Positions 34,809-48,710 of a stretch of 64,000 bases of DNA are shown one piece after another; the stretch's first letter is position 1; each line of letters opens with the position of its first letter. Position numbers and translations under genes: made by a program. The notes under the pieces are model-generated. The model was given only the letters and a program-made list of their open reading frames with translations. It searched no databases and was not told the origin of the DNA. Source of the DNA: Chara braunii (Eukaryota > Plantae > Charophyceae); assembly GCA_003427395.1 (NCBI GenBank), contig BFEA01000032.1, positions 322,733-386,732 of the forward strand, given 5' to 3'.

Positions 34809-37800
34809 TCAAGTGATATTTAGTTCGGGATCCACCTCACTGAAAAGCTTGAGTGGGTCATGCCAAGTCTGTAAGTAGGTTTCCCTGATGGTCAGTCTGG
34901 CCTGCGGTTCTTTCTCATTTGTATATTGTTGTTTCATGGTCCTCCATGCTTCATGTGTGTGGGTTCTGATCACGTCTTCCAAGACCTGCTGGGCTTGCTG
35001 TAATCCGAACTGGTGTTCTTTCCTTTCGAAGGAGCACCTTGCACGCCAAGCGAGCATTAACACGTGGAGCCTTGTATATGAGAACAGGTTGACTGCAAAC
35101 GCAAGCCATTGCTTTGGGATGTTTTCTTTCTTGCCCAGCAGCAGCAGGCCCAAATCCCAGGGGATGTGGTGGGCGGTGAGGGAGTGGAAGGCTGCATCCC
35201 ACCACCGCCAGATCTGGGCAACCATCGGGCATGCCAGAAGACAATGTTCAAGCGTCGCAGGAGCTGGGGGAGAAACTCTTCCACAGTAGGAGCAGATCGG
35301 GGATAGTAGCCCTTTTTGTTCCAGGTTAGTCCTAGACACCAACCAATCCGGTGTGGGTAGACATCTGTGCAGGATCTGCCACTGCAACCACCTGAGATTG
35401 GTGGGCATGATCTTGGAATACGTGTGCCATGGCAGGTTCTGCACTTGTGTCGGGTCGATGGGAGAGTCTCTGGTCCATCTTGCTACAATGGTGGACCCAA
35501 TCTGCTGTTGTGGTGTCGATTGTATGTAGCCCCCTTTAACTGTGTAATTCCATATGTACATCGGTTTCCCATTCGCCCATTCCCACTCCTCAGGATCGAA
35601 AGGCAGGGCTGCAATCGGGGTCCAGGGCTCGTAGGCAAAGAATCCATCTTCTTGATTCCCCATCACTCTGATGTGCATGAGGGCCTCCCAACTTTCATCA
35701 CAGTTCAATTCATCGTTTTTTGTTAACTTTGACACCCTCGCCCTTGGCAGTGCCGGGGTGTGAGCCTCCAACATGCATATTCCTTGGCTGTTTCTGTCCA
35801 CTTTATAGATCACGAGCGGTAGTGGTGAGTCAGCTCGTTTGACCACCCAGTCTCCTGGCTGCACTGAGGGCCCTCTTTTCAGGGCAAGTTGCCCGGCCAG
35901 ACTGGCCAGTGGTATGGCTTCTTGCAGCGTTCACAGTTTGGTCGAGACCTGTTTAGTGTATTTCAATTTTTGTTGTAGTTGATCTTGTGTCATCCAGTCC
36001 GCTTTTGTGGCGTCCCACATATTACCTACAATATAAATGCCCCGCTTGACCCAGTTAAGCCACGGCGAATTAGCCCTAAGAGAGAAGGGATTCCCATTAA
36101 CATCGAGTATGTAGGGATTGCCAAAGAGAGGTTAACGCCATATATCGTGCCACCTGCAGGGGGGTTGTTTCTGTTTTGGTCCCATGCTTCTCCAAAGATT
36201 GAGCATGCAGGGCCACATTGGATCTTTGGATATGTCTTGTTTCGTGGCCTGCGTCTCATTCTGTGGCTGTTGGTAGTGGTGCGGGGGAGAGGGTATGGAC
36301 CAATGTGCCTTTGTTAGCCATTGGAAGGGGTGGACCCGGTTTTCGGCTGGTGACTCCGGGGCCAAGTTCGCAATCTGCAAACAGGCCAGCAACGCCCATG
36401 GGATGTTATCGGCTATGAGAAGTCTAACCAATACTTTAAAAATGAGGGTCTCGCTTTCTCTTTCCGGGTCAAGTATCCCCAACCCCCCTTTAGATCTTGG
36501 CTCTGTCAGTATGTCCCATTTCACTCAGTTCAGGGTTCCTTGGGATTGAGCTCTATTTTTCCACAGAAAAGTTATCAGGGCCCACCTGAGTCTAGCGTAG
36601 TGCTTTTTGTTGAGGGACCACACCGCAAGTTTGTACCAGATCGCTGCAAGAATAGCATTACTGATTGCTAGCGCCCTTCCCACAAGGAACGTGTGCAAGT
36701 TCTCCCATCTGGCCATTCTGTCAATCGCCAGGTTGACCAAGTTTTCCCTGTGATCTGGTGGGGGGTCTAATGTTGTTAGCTTTACACCCAAGATTCTGAT
36801 TGTCGTTTCCTTCGCTCCCCATGAGATCGGTGGTTCCGGGGGCGGCTCTTCATCAAGGGGGTGCAGCCACCATCCTTCAGTTTTAGCATTCCAGCTCACC
36901 TTCATATCTGCGGCCATCGAGAATTGGTGTATGACCTCTAATAGTGCTTGAAAACTTTGTTTATTTGCTCGGATTAGCACTGTGAGATCGTCTGCAAACA
37001 GAGATGTTATCGGGACCCGGTGAGCTGGCAGTTCCAGGATTGGTACTTTCTGAATCCGAGGGTGGGCTCTAATGAGTGAGGCCAGGCTTTCCATGACAAT
37101 GACAAACAGCAGGGGCACTATTGGGTCCCCTTGGGGCACTGATCGCTGGAGGGCGAAAGGAGATGCCAGATGACCATTCAACATAATATTGGTTGATGCT
37201 GACCTGTGAAGGAGCTGTATCCAGTGACTGAAGACGGGCCCAAAGTTCATCCTGGTGAGGCACATGTCCAAAAAGTCCCAATCGACGTGGTCATAGGCTT
37301 TTTCAAAGTCTATAAAGAGCACCGCTGCCGGGACCCTTCTCTGGCGAGCATATTCGATCGTTTCATTGACCAGTAATATGTTATCTTGGATATTACGGTT
37401 GGGCATGAAACCCGATTGATCAGGATGTATGAGTAGGTTCATAAGCGGCAACAGTCTTCTGGTCAATGTTTTTGCCACTAGCTTATAGGGGACAGGGAGG
37501 AGCGTAATCGGTCTGTAGTTTCTGATCTCTTCCTTGTCCCCTTTTTTGTATAATAGTGTCGTGACCCCTTGACCCATCATTCCCCCGAACGAGCCTTCCC
37601 ATTGGATTGCTCCAATGTACTCCATCACATCATCTTTTAGCAAGTCCCAGAATTGTACCCAAAACTCCTTGGGAAAGGCGTCCACCCCAGGGTTTTTCTC
37701 ATCGTCCATATCATCAAGGGCTTCCTTAACTTCCTCCAGGGTGAGCGGGTTGTCCAATTGGGTTGCTTGAGCACTTGTGAGGCGTGTCTGAATCGCCTGC

Positions 37801-39347
37801 AGCAGTTGCTCGCGTGCTTGATTGACGAGCTGTAGGGGTCTTGTGGGGGTTTGTGATGTGAACAGATTTTGATAGTATTTAGATGCATAGTCCACAATCG
37901 TGTAGGCATTTGTTGCTACCGGGGCATCGTCTTCGAAGGGGTGCTTGAGGGAGGGGACCGTGTTGGCTCTTGTCCACGCTTTGGCTATGTTAAAAAAGGC
38001 TTTGGCCATCGTGCCGTGCGCGTGATCCCGCTTAACGCGAGCATGAATCCTCCAAGCTTGTGTTTGGTTATCTATGTAGTCTTGGAGGCGGTCTCTCGCT
38101 TTTTGCAGCTCGTCGAAGGATGGACATTGCAGCGGGTCATTCACCAGTTGCTCATCCCATTCTTCTAGCTCCCTTATGAGTCTCTCCAGTATGGCTTTAC
38201 GGTCTCTTGCATATTGGGTTGAAAACCTCCTAGCTCGTTCTCTGAGTTGGGTCATTCCATCGTTAAACCAAGAGACTCTCTCGCCTATGGTCGGCTTCTG
38301 TGTTTGCCAGTACTGCCAAAAGTCTTGTATCATTTCCTTGAATTTGGAAAAGGGGAGAAGGGAGGTGTTGAGTTTATAAAAGTCAGGGTCTCGCTTAATA
38401 TGAGAGTGAAGGGACAAACCAAGTACAATCATCCTATGGTCAAAGGATTTGCACGGACTGATAGGCATGATGTCCGCTGTGATGACCAGACCCATCAGAT
38501 CCTTGGAGATAAGAGCCAGGTCTATTCGTGAATTGGTTGTGCCCTGCTGCCCCCTAGGAGACAAACCGGTATACGCCCTTTTGGTGTGGTGCAGCGTCCT
38601 GTACGCGTCCTGTAATTGTCTGTCCATCATAAATTGTTTAAGCAAAGTGGTGTCTGGGCTATGCAAAGGGTCATCGGCTCCTTGGCGTTGTGAGGATGAC
38701 ATGCTGTCCACAGATGGGTCCAGCGTAATATTAAAGTCGCCTGCCATTATCATCGGGGCATCACCTGGCAGGTTTTGTTGTAATGTAAGCCATAAATCAA
38801 TTCTGGCTGTTGCGTCGTTCGGGGCATAGACATAGACCAGGTACAGTTCCTCGTTTTGCATTGCCACTTTGAGGTACACCCACCGCCCCTGATGTCTGTC
38901 ATAGTCGTATGTAATCGGCGTGAGTCTGGATGTTGGCGGCAACCAGATTGCCACCTCGGCCGAGGCTCTTGTTGTGGCCGGTGCACTGAAGGACGGGTAG
39001 GGCCAGAGAGCTTTGGCTCTGGCGTTGTGGGGCATTGTATCTTGCAGGTGTGTCTCCTGCACACAAATGGCATCAGGCCATTACCTCGTATCCGGGGACC
39101 TAATCAAAGTCCATATGGCGTCTTTTTTGGCTTGTGAGGCCTGGATGAGACCGTTGGCATTAAGCGATCGGATGTCCAGATCCGCTGCGTCTAGCTTAGC
39201 CGCCCATTGCGGCTGTCGTCTGACCCGGGGGAACAGCGGCGGGGGAGGGGGGCATTGAAGGGGGTGAGGCGGAGGTGGGGCCGACCCCTGGGGGTCTGAT
39301 GGAGGCCCCGTGAGAGGGGGGCGGGGGACCGGATCAAGTCCTTTCAT
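34809..39347 (-). pseudogene. L1 ORF2: AP-endonuclease, reverse transcriptase and zf-RVT
   Basis: Motifs SLNANG, VQETH, YAPN, GDFN, RID, DH, YRPITLL, DFEKAYD, QGDP, LFADD and C..C...TLEHCLLAC. In-frame stops at 39081, 36525 and 36132. Confidence 0.93.
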
Positions 39348-39399
39348 CAATCAAGGACTGCGTTGGCGTGAACGTGATCTGGAGTTGTGGAGGAAGGCT

Positions 39400-42300
39400 G
39401 CCAACAAGCGGTCTAGACCGAGAGGACGAAGGGCGGATCATCCTATTGATTATGGTCCTCGAGAACATTGTCTTCCAGGAAGATTCTCATGAATGTGAGA
39501 ATTGTGGAGGCAGTCCAAGTGTGGTTGGGTTTGAGGCGGTCCGGTGCAAGGTGCATAAGTTATGAGTGGGTGAACCATTCAAAGACTGAGTTTGTCTAGG
39601 GCTTGCTCGTTTGCAGATCAATGAGGATTATCAGAGGGATGATTCCTTTCGGGAAGGAGAGGTCTTTTGGGAGGATAGTCCCAACCACTCCTGGGATGTC
39701 AGACTCTTTAATCCAATATCTCAATTTTTTTAGTAAGGGTTGCTGTTGACGGGTTCCCTCTCCACCCCTCTAATGTGAGCCCCATTCGAAATGACGGATT
39801 CGCTGATTGGCCCGGTGGCTGTCTGAGACCCAGTTGCCATTCCCCATCCGCTTTAGTCCTAGTGAGGGGGAACAAAACCACTCTCGGTGGAATGTCTTTC
39901 GGGTTGCTGTCGTCCTGTTCAAGTCTCACCATGTCTTTCAGTTTTTTGGGGAGCAGCGGTATCAGGGCTCTCTCATCCTGGCGCCCTCCTGCCGGGTCCC
40001 CGTCGTCATCGTCATGCATGATATCCCCGTGTCTTAGCCCACTCTTTGTTGGGCGTAGCAGGCGCTGAGCTTCTGATGGCGCTTGGTGGGCAAGGACGAT
40101 GCCCTGGTCTGTGTGTTGTATAGCGTGGTAGTCCCGGGAGTTTGGGGACAACTGCTCTTGTGTGACTGCTGGATGGCCCGGTCCGTGGGTAAGCAGTTGC
40201 CGTTGTTGTTGATGTTGGTCTTGTTGTTGATTCGCCCGGGTTCGCGGATCAGTCACCCAGGCATAAGCGAACTGTTCTATTTTGTCTAAAAATTCATTTA
40301 TGACAAACACAATTGCCGCTCCCACTTCCATCCAGTCTATATCCGAGACCTCCGTGTGTCTGTCGACCATTGCCCGGATCCGGGGACTGTGCATGAGCAC
40401 CGCTTTTGCCTCTTCCCAGTGTCGTGTGGCCAGTGAGTCAGCCGGACTGTTTTCCGTGAGTGAGAATATTTTTAGTAACGTCCAGTCTGTGAGGAAACAA
40501 AGTTTCTGCTTCACCTTGTAGCTGTCTGAGATTGATCGGGCATTCTGCATTTCCACATCTTGCTCCGGGAAGGAAGTGTTCATCAGTTGAGGTACAGGTT
40601 CTCCGGGTGAAGTGTCTTCCTGGCCTGCGCTGGGCAATTCAAGGAGGCCGGGGTGTTGGGAGGCAGGCAGCAGTGGGAGGAGACACTGTTGCTCTAGGCA
40701 GTGTGGCAGCAACCTTCTTCTTTCGTCCTCCTGTTGGTAGAAGGCTTGCAGACGGTGTTGCTGTTGCTGCAAGACTTGCTGCTGTTGCTGACAAAGTTGT
40801 TGTTGCCAGAAAAGGTTGGCCTGATGCTGGTTTTGTTGTTGGAGCATGAGCAGTTCATGTTGCTGTTGCCTACGGTGCTGCTCCTGCTGTGCCTGCAGCA
40901 GGAGACGGAATTGCTCCTCTATATATTCCTGCTGCTTTTGTTAATGCTGGTGGTGGTGGTGTGATTGCCAAAGCGAATGCTGCAGCATGGGCATTTGCGC
41001 CTGTTGCTGTTGTTGCAGCTGTTGCTGCTGCATTTGAACCACGTTTTGTTGTTCTTGCAACTGTTGTTATTGCGTATGTTGCTGGCATTGTATGACCTGC
41101 TGGAGAGACTGTTGATTCTGAAGGGTTTGTTGTTGCTGATAGTGACTCTATTGCAGGAGAAGTTGTTGTTGATCAAGCAACAGTTGGTGCTCCTGTCCAG
41201 CCTGCATCTGTATGGGGCTGCGGTTTTGGTGTGCAGAAGGGATTTGCTGGTGCACGCAGTCATGCCCGTCGTCAGTTTTGAGCGGGCTATGATGTTGTTG
41301 TGCATCGCGCAGAGAGGCTATCTCATCATGTACAGTTCCTTCCCGTCTCTCCTGTGATTGGGCACTGTCTTCGCCCTTCTCACCCCCATCATCATGCCCG
41401 TCGTCAGTCTTGAGCGGGTTGTGGTGTTGTTGTGTCTTCTGCTGTAAGATCGCTTGCCCATCTTCTGTGTTGAGGGGGGGGTGGTGTAGTTGAGGTTGTT
41501 GTTGTTGGAGCGCGTGATGTTGTTGGCATTGGGGGTTCCCTATTTGCGGTTGTGTGGGGGCGTCGCACAGTAAGGCTACGTCCACGTGCACAGTTCGTTC
41601 CTGTCTTTCCAGGGATTGGGCCCTATCCCCGCCCTTGTCACCCCCCTCATCGGTCTTCAGGGGTTGTTGGTCACCGCCTTGGCTGGGGGGGGCTTGCTGA
41701 TTTAGAGGATGCTTCTCACTCAGCTGTTGAGGGTGTTGGAGGGTCTGTTGCTTGGGAAAGGCGACACCTTTCACTTTGTCAAGAAGGCCGGTGGCTTTAA
41801 CCCAGGTCTCTTGCAAAGTAAGGGAACGACGGTGATCATTTTCTTTGGTTGCGACAGTTCGGACGTCGTTTAGGCGGAGACCCTCCTCGTATGCTGGCAA
41901 GAGTGACCGACCAGTTGGGTGCCCATCCTGAGCTGCGAGCCCTGTTTGGTCGACTATTGGTTGGGTTTCCTCATCATCAACAGCCCCGTTGGTTGGTACG
42001 TATTTCTGTTGTTCGGTATCTGTTACAGGATGGCGGTACTGTTCCCGACTCGGGAGAGGGGCGTCAGTCCGTTCCACAACCGGAGCTGGCATCACTGTAT
42101 TTGCTTTTCCAGACAGCAGACTTTGACCTGTTGTCTCTCCTGCAGTCTTTTGGTTATGTACGTTGTCCCGTGCAGGCAGGCCGTGCTCGACATGGCGGGG
42201 CAGTGTTCCTTTCGGCTTAGTTTGGGACTGTGTGAGATCTTTTATCACCGGAGCGGAGGGAGCTGGCTTCCTTGAGCCCACTTTACCACACAACCGGCTC

Positions 42301-43940
42301 TGTTCTGCTGTTTGACCTCCAGTCTTTTGATCTGTGGGTAGTCCCGTGAAGGCTGGCCCTGCTTGGCATGTTGGGGCAGTGTCCATACTATCTTGTTCTG
42401 GGACTCTGTGAGGTCTACTATCCTCGGAGCCGGGGGGTCCGGGTTCCTGCCGAGCAAGGCGTCAGCCGTGATCCCCGCCGAGTCTTTGTGGGGGATTTGG
42501 GGAGGGCCCTTACCCAAGACGTCCTTCCTGCTTGTTTGTTGTGGGACAGAAGCCGAGACAGTCGGTTTGAGCAGTATCTGTCGGTCTTGATCTTGGTTCT
42601 GATGCGGCTTTGGTATGTATTTTTGTGAGGCCCGGCGAGACGGTGGCCGTACACCCCCCGAATCCCCCAGACCATTTGTTGCTGTACTTGTCTTTGTTTC
42701 CCTGCTTTGCCCCCTGCTATCCCCCCTCCTTGCTTTGTGTTTGGGATCTGTATTGGCATCATGTTTGGCCCCTGCTGGAAAGGCAGAAGGTCGACCCTTG
42801 CCATGCCAGAACCACTTCCCTGGTCTGCCATCGACATATGCCATTAGTTCCTAGCCTTCCAGCTCCTTCTCCTCCGGGAACCATCTTTCCTCATCGGTAT
42901 GGTGGGGGATGACTAAACCTTTGATTTTCTGTCAATGGCTTTTTGGATAGGACTCGTCTGTGCACAGGTGACCCCTGCTTTTACAGGCATAGCACCACGG
43001 ATCATGTGCATGGTTGATCGGGACGGAATATTCCTTACCGCCGTGGGAGTATCTCCATTCCTCCTTCAGAGGAAATGGATAAGCCGGATCCCAATCTACC
43101 GCTACCAACAAGGAATCATCCCTTTTCCCCAGAAATTGGGGAAGGTCCGTGATGTATCCTTTAGTATGGGCTGTCTTCTAAGTCGGCAAGGATGGCCCCT
43201 TGCACGCAGAGGGGAGCAAACTTGAACTCGACCTAGAAGTTGGACTTCATTAGGAACTCGCGCCTTTCGTCAGTGGAGAGGGGGTTGGCTGGAGACCAAG
43301 GATAGATATGAACCGTTCCCCCCCTAAATTGTAGCAATCTGTTTTTGATCAGTAAGTTTTTGTCTGTTGTGTATAGTGCCACAACGGTGATGCAATTCGG
43401 GTTTTCCACCTCCACCAGGAAGTGCTCTTGCACAAGCTGTCGGTTTGCTTTGATCCGCCCCAATCTATCGTTAATCCATTTTATCTTGTCATTGATCAGG
43501 GTTGATGACAGTATCTCCGGGAAGCGAAAGTGTACTGCCTTTTGGGAGTAGATCGCGTTGCGCGTTGCCAGTGCTTCCGCGGGGAAGATAGAGTGGGGGT
43601 AGATGAAACCCTCTCTCACCTGGTACTTCTTCACCGGCTGTACGTAGAGCTCCTGAATAAAGTGGCTTTTGAGCGGGGCCAAGGAAGCCAAGGTCATTGT
43701 TTCCCTGGATTCGACCACCCCCGGTGCTGACAAGGCTTTGATCAACTGAGGGGGAGAGCGGTTGGAGAGTTCAGAGGAAGAGGAGGGAGGGTGGTCGACC
43801 TTAGGCGCCGTCTTTTGATTCGTCCATATATCCTTCCAGGAACTTTCTGATTTTTGGTTGGTTTGTGTGCCTGCCGTGTCCGCCACCATTTTTGCCCCTG
43901 ACCCGTGTTCTTTTATGTTAGGTGTTGTGAAGCTTTTCAT
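39400..43940 (-). pseudogene. L1 ORF1 (RRM/DUF4283-like region, zinc knuckle, very long Q-rich extension)
   Basis: ATG at 43940; HIYPWSP motif; knuckle PWCYACKSRGH at ~42980. Segments 41148-42386 and 39708-40847 share one frame, broken by CAR>TAR stops. Confidence 0.65.
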
Positions 43941-46269
43941 GTATTTCGGTGATGTCAGTCTGTAGGGTAATGGGCAAGTGGCGGGGAGTCGTGTTGCAGC
44001 GAAGGGGAGGGAGCCGATGCGGGAGCGGGGAAGCTTTTGAGGTTCGGGAGGGTGTAAGGGAAGGTATGCGGTGGGGAGTGTCGGGGCAGGAAGACTTTTA
44101 CCACATAGTCTGCTGAGGTTCGGTTGCCCCACTCCCCTTTCGGTGAGGTGTCGGTGTCACGTAGGATGCCGTGGCCGTGATCACGCCTTCATCGAATTCC
44201 TTTCTTGCCCCCGCATCGTGTCCTCCCCCACTTGTCTTCGACACCCCTTCCTTGCTCACTTCACATACTCTCACCTGTATGCCTTGCGCTATTACTCCTT
44301 CACTTGGCTTCCTAACTACATCACGCCGCTTCGGATCTACTTTTCCTCTTCGTCGGAGAGCGCTATGGTTGGTCACATCGAAATTCTTTACCAAATTAAA
44401 AAAAATAAAATAAAAATATATATATTTTATTTTTTATTTTTATTTTTTTGCCCGGTTGGGCAAGTGGTCCCGAGCCACTCTTGTAGCCTAGTATTGTGTA
44501 GAATTGCAATACAAATGACTTTTGGCTGATGGTGACATTAAAATTTCTCACGGAATCGGAGCTAAATGAAAAAATAACAGAATCACACTAAGGCATCCCC
44601 CTTTAAACCCCTTTATCCCCTTTGAAACTAATTTATACCCACCTCCCCCTCCTTGAAACAACTTGCAGAAAAAGAAATGAGCCCGGATTTAGGGTCCTCT
44701 GGGAGGTTGCAAAAAAAAAAAAACTTTTTTTTTTTTTTTGTTTTACACGCCCGGGTACCCCGGGCGTGACGCCTGGATGCATGGTTGGGCAGGACCGGGC
44801 GGGTATGAAAATCTTTATAACTTTTGTTTTTTTTAGATTTTTTTCATTTTTTATTTTTGGTAATTAAAACAATGTTAAAATCCAAAAAAAAAGGGTTGTA
44901 GGGTAAAAAAAAACTACAACCCTTTTTCTTTTGCTATTTGATTTTCAAGATTAAAAAAAAAAAAAATTGTCCGACCCCGACCGCCCGCGACTGACCTCGG
45001 CGGTTATGTTCCCGACGGCCGGGCGAGTTGGACACCGCAGTTATGACCACGGGGGATTCATAGTCTCATTGGGATGCTTAAGCCAAAACCCTAATGAATA
45101 AATGCCCATGACAACAAGTACAAGTCGTTTCCACTGAGCAGAGTCAAAATGAAAAGTCACTGATGTGTAGACACAACCAGAAGACATTACACAATGCACA
45201 TAAAGTCAACCCTTTGTTCACCCCGACCCCTTGGCCCACACACACCCCAACTTTCTATATTCAAGCAACCCTTTCTCATTTGGTCAATCCCCCAATTTGA
45301 ATAAGCCACCCAAAGACCATTTTGACTACCACAGATATTTTAGACGATGACATGGAAACAGAAATGTCATTTCCTATAGGGTTTGCTGTCGGACGAGGGT
45401 ATTGAAGAGTATGTGAGGGTTCGGTCGACAACCCGACTTTTTATCTCGTTATAGTAGAATGTCGTATCGTATCGACTCATTCAAAGTCCCTTTGGAACAA
45501 TCCCTCGACGGATATAACATGTAGCACACACAAAGGCGAACATGACCACAACACCCTTACTACTGGTAAAACCCTCATGTCCAAAGTTCTGGTAGAAATT
45601 CAAATCTATTGGAGGATGGGAAAATTTTGGCAACACTTCCTCTACGAAAGTAGCATCCCATAATATATACAGACCTAAATACGAGAAAAGGTTTAATGAC
45701 CTAAATGAAAGTTGGCTATGTTATCGATCTATGCTAGGCAAAGAGAGAATCCAACTTTTGGCATAGACCTAAACTACCCAACCCGTATAGTCACAACCTA
45801 CCTAGAGTTCCAGCTCATGGTGAGCATTTATGCAACTAAGCTAAGAAAATACGCCCATAGTATACCCAAGAACAAGGCAAGACAGGGTAGTTCCTACCTT
45901 CAATAAATCTAAATTACGTTAGGAGTACAAATGTCTTAAGAGAGGAAAGAATATGCACACAAAAGGTGTACCCGTACGCCTCTCAAGTTTTGCGGCATGT
46001 CTCATAAGCAAGCACAAGCAAGTATAAGCAAGGCATGCGTCGAACAAAATCATTCAAATGTGAGTTACCCATCCACCTCTCGACTTTTGCGATAGCCGCA
46101 CATAACTAACTTTATCCGAACCTTTAACAATACAAGTATATATCACTTGCCCATCTCGGCTTTAACGATGGCTAAATGTAGATGACGTTTGATTTGAGCA
46201 AAGGGTTGTCCCTCCACTTACGCGGGCCCCCCCTGCACAGACCCAGACGAATAACTTTAACCCAGACCT

Positions 46270-46535
46270 AGGTGTTGGGTCACCCCTCTGTGAAAAGGTA
46301 TTGGCAGTCACCCCTCTGTTCAAAGGTATTGGCAGTCACCCCTTCATCCAAAGGTATTGGGGGTCACCCCTCCAATCAAAGGTATTGGCAGTCACCGCTC
46401 TGTCCGAAAGACATTGGCAGCTTCCCTTTTACCTTGGCATCAACGGTTTCCCGTCATCTTGGCATCGGTGGCTTCCTCTCCACCTTGGTATCGACAATGT
46501 CCCCTCCACCTTGGCATCAATGGCTTCCCCTCCGG
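46270..46535. repeat. 28-bp tandem repeat followed by a ~25-bp tandem repeat
   Basis: AGGTATTGG at 46296, 46324, 46352 and 46380; then about four CCTTGGCATC..GGCTTCC units. Confidence 0.85.
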
Positions 46536-47899
46536 CATGGTCCCTGGTGCTTCCGGATATCCCCTAGCTGGTATCGCCCACCTGCAGGTCGAGAGTAGCC
46601 TCCGCATGTTTTCTCATGAACATGATTCTGACTGCTACATAGTTCCTTGTATGACTATAATTAGGAGTAGTGGTAGGTAGGTAGTGTGAGGTGAAATTGA
46701 GAGAAAAATGTAACTTACTAAAAACAAAATACAAAAAATTACGACCCCGGTTCAAGTATAGAGAGGTCGCAGGTTACGCATTCGAAGGCAGGGATGTCAA
46801 CAATATGTGTCGTCTTGTATGGTTATCGACTCATCACTTTATTCCCCCCAAAGGATGGGTTATACATAGAAGATTAGCATGAGCCTTGCGCAAGGATGAG
46901 ACATATATATCGAGAAATAGTCAAACTGTTTTCATGCTTTCCCAGCTAAAACATGCCTCCATTCTTTTTTTTCTTTTCGAAAAAGCGGGCTCATGCTGGC
47001 GCGGTGACGACGGAGGTCGACAACACTAATTTTGTGTGTCGATTTGCGTAGCGCTAATCCTCACGAGGGGATTAGCGCTAATCATGAATTAGGATTAGGA
47101 TTAGCATGGTCGACTTTCCCCCCGTCCCATCCAGGAAAGTTGGCAAGCTATGGGGTAGTCGAGCATCCACCACTGCGAGGCTGGGCTTAGGGATATAACA
47201 CATTTTCTCCTTACCCACGCCTTGCCATATGGCAGGAAAAAAGGAGCCACTTGTCAACTTTAAGGGCAAACCTCCCTCCTAGGTTATCAGGGTCTCGACA
47301 TGTGTATGCCAAGTATGCCTTACGGAGTCCGTTCCCCGGTGAAGCGGACATTGTCGGAAGCCGTTCCTCACGATTAGTTTTTCCTTTTGAGGGTGGCAGC
47401 AACTCGGCCTCTCGATACTCGATATCCCGAGACATGCTCTCCAACAGGTATAAACACATCTCGTGACTCCTTGGATGCCTGATTATTGAAACCTCATAGT
47501 TTCTTTACTTTGCTAGGTTTCTTAATTTAATTTTGTTTAGTGTACAACGGGAGCTCCGAAGGGTGGAGCTAGTGACCCCACGTCCCTTCTTTGACTCCTT
47601 GCCCATTAACCCTCTTACTAACGATGGTAAACAAAGGGTGAGGGATTTTTTGACCACTTGTTTAACAACCGAGTGCTGCCTAATCAACTAGCACTAGGGA
47701 TACTGTCTTCACTCGAATGGAACGCCTGGTCATTATAGCTGGATTTTGAGCAACTTTAAGACCACATGCAGTGATAATGACAGGGCGTTTTAATCGGGTA
47801 AGAAGGTAGTTGAATCCGGTGAGGACTTTGTCTGACTTCGTAAGAGTGACAATTCATAAACATGTTTTTAACGTTCAAGCTGAACGCTTGAACGCTTAG

Positions 47900-48710
47900 A
47901 CAATGTTCATCTTCTTCAGTGACAAGGCCACTGTACTTCTTTTTACATCAAAAGACGTTTAGTATATATGTATGAGAATGATTGGGCTGCCTCCAAAGTG
48001 ATTGGGGCACCGCCTAGAAAATGAGTCTTCCGAAACGAGGGACATAACCTTGCAACCTACATGTTTTTAGCTAAGCCCATCACTGATTTCATGCTACGGA
48101 AAGAAGGGGGGGAAATTGGCCTTGACAGTCAACTTTATACACTTACCTTCCATCCTTGGATGGTGAATCTATTGCTCCACGAGGGGCAAGAGGCACTCAA
48201 ACATAAATTATTTTGGGTGAGGTGCATGGAGGTGCCCCCCTTAGGAATGGGGATCCTGAAAGGGGCAACGGAAGACACCTTTGGTAAGGTAATCAAAAAA
48301 TACCCAGCCTACAAGAAACGACTCGAACCAAACTGCATAACATCAGATTTCACTTGGTACCTTGAACCAGATTGAGATACAAGAAGCATCTGGTAGTGGA
48401 CCTAAAGAGGTTTAACCTTGTAGAAATAAACCTTGAGTGTGCTAGCACTCCATGGTGTCAAGTTTGTCGCCATCATTTCCAGAAGGAGACAGATGAACTT
48501 TGTTTAATGGACCAGAAGCAGAAACCTGCCCATAAGGGAGAAAAGGTCAAAAAGTCTAATATCTCGTTTAAAGGCAAGGAGAAAGGGGGACCAGCCGCTA
48601 GGCCTGATCCCACCGACTTCTTAAAGGAGGCCCTCCTTCGGAAGAAGGAAAAGGATAAGCACAAAGCAAAAACGGTAAATGACAAAGGTGTTTTGAGCAA
48701 GTCTTAGTCT
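47900..48710 (+). mobile_element. Decayed L1 ORF1 fragment
   Basis: LTFHPW...FWVRCMEVP...FGKVI (DUF4283-like) and the knuckle PWCQVCRHHF..TDELC, split by a frameshift at ~48372. Confidence 0.65.

Larger units (their letters stand above)
34081..44385 (-). mobile_element. Near full-length L1-clade non-LTR retrotransposon (~10.3 kb), inactivated by stops and frameshifts
   Basis: 5' UTR, ORF1, ORF2 (APE-RT-zf) and 3' UTR in order; the 3' tail is hidden in the gap at 33736-34080. Confidence 0.9.

Noticed and set aside
46270-46410. 28-bp repeats as a CRISPR array (also the 53-bp repeats at 1-160)
   Set aside because: Head-to-tail with no unique spacers, no cas genes, eukaryotic context
47049-47080. 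Hairpin TAGCGCTAATCC...GGATTAGCGCTA
   Set aside because: Short isolated palindrome with no supporting context
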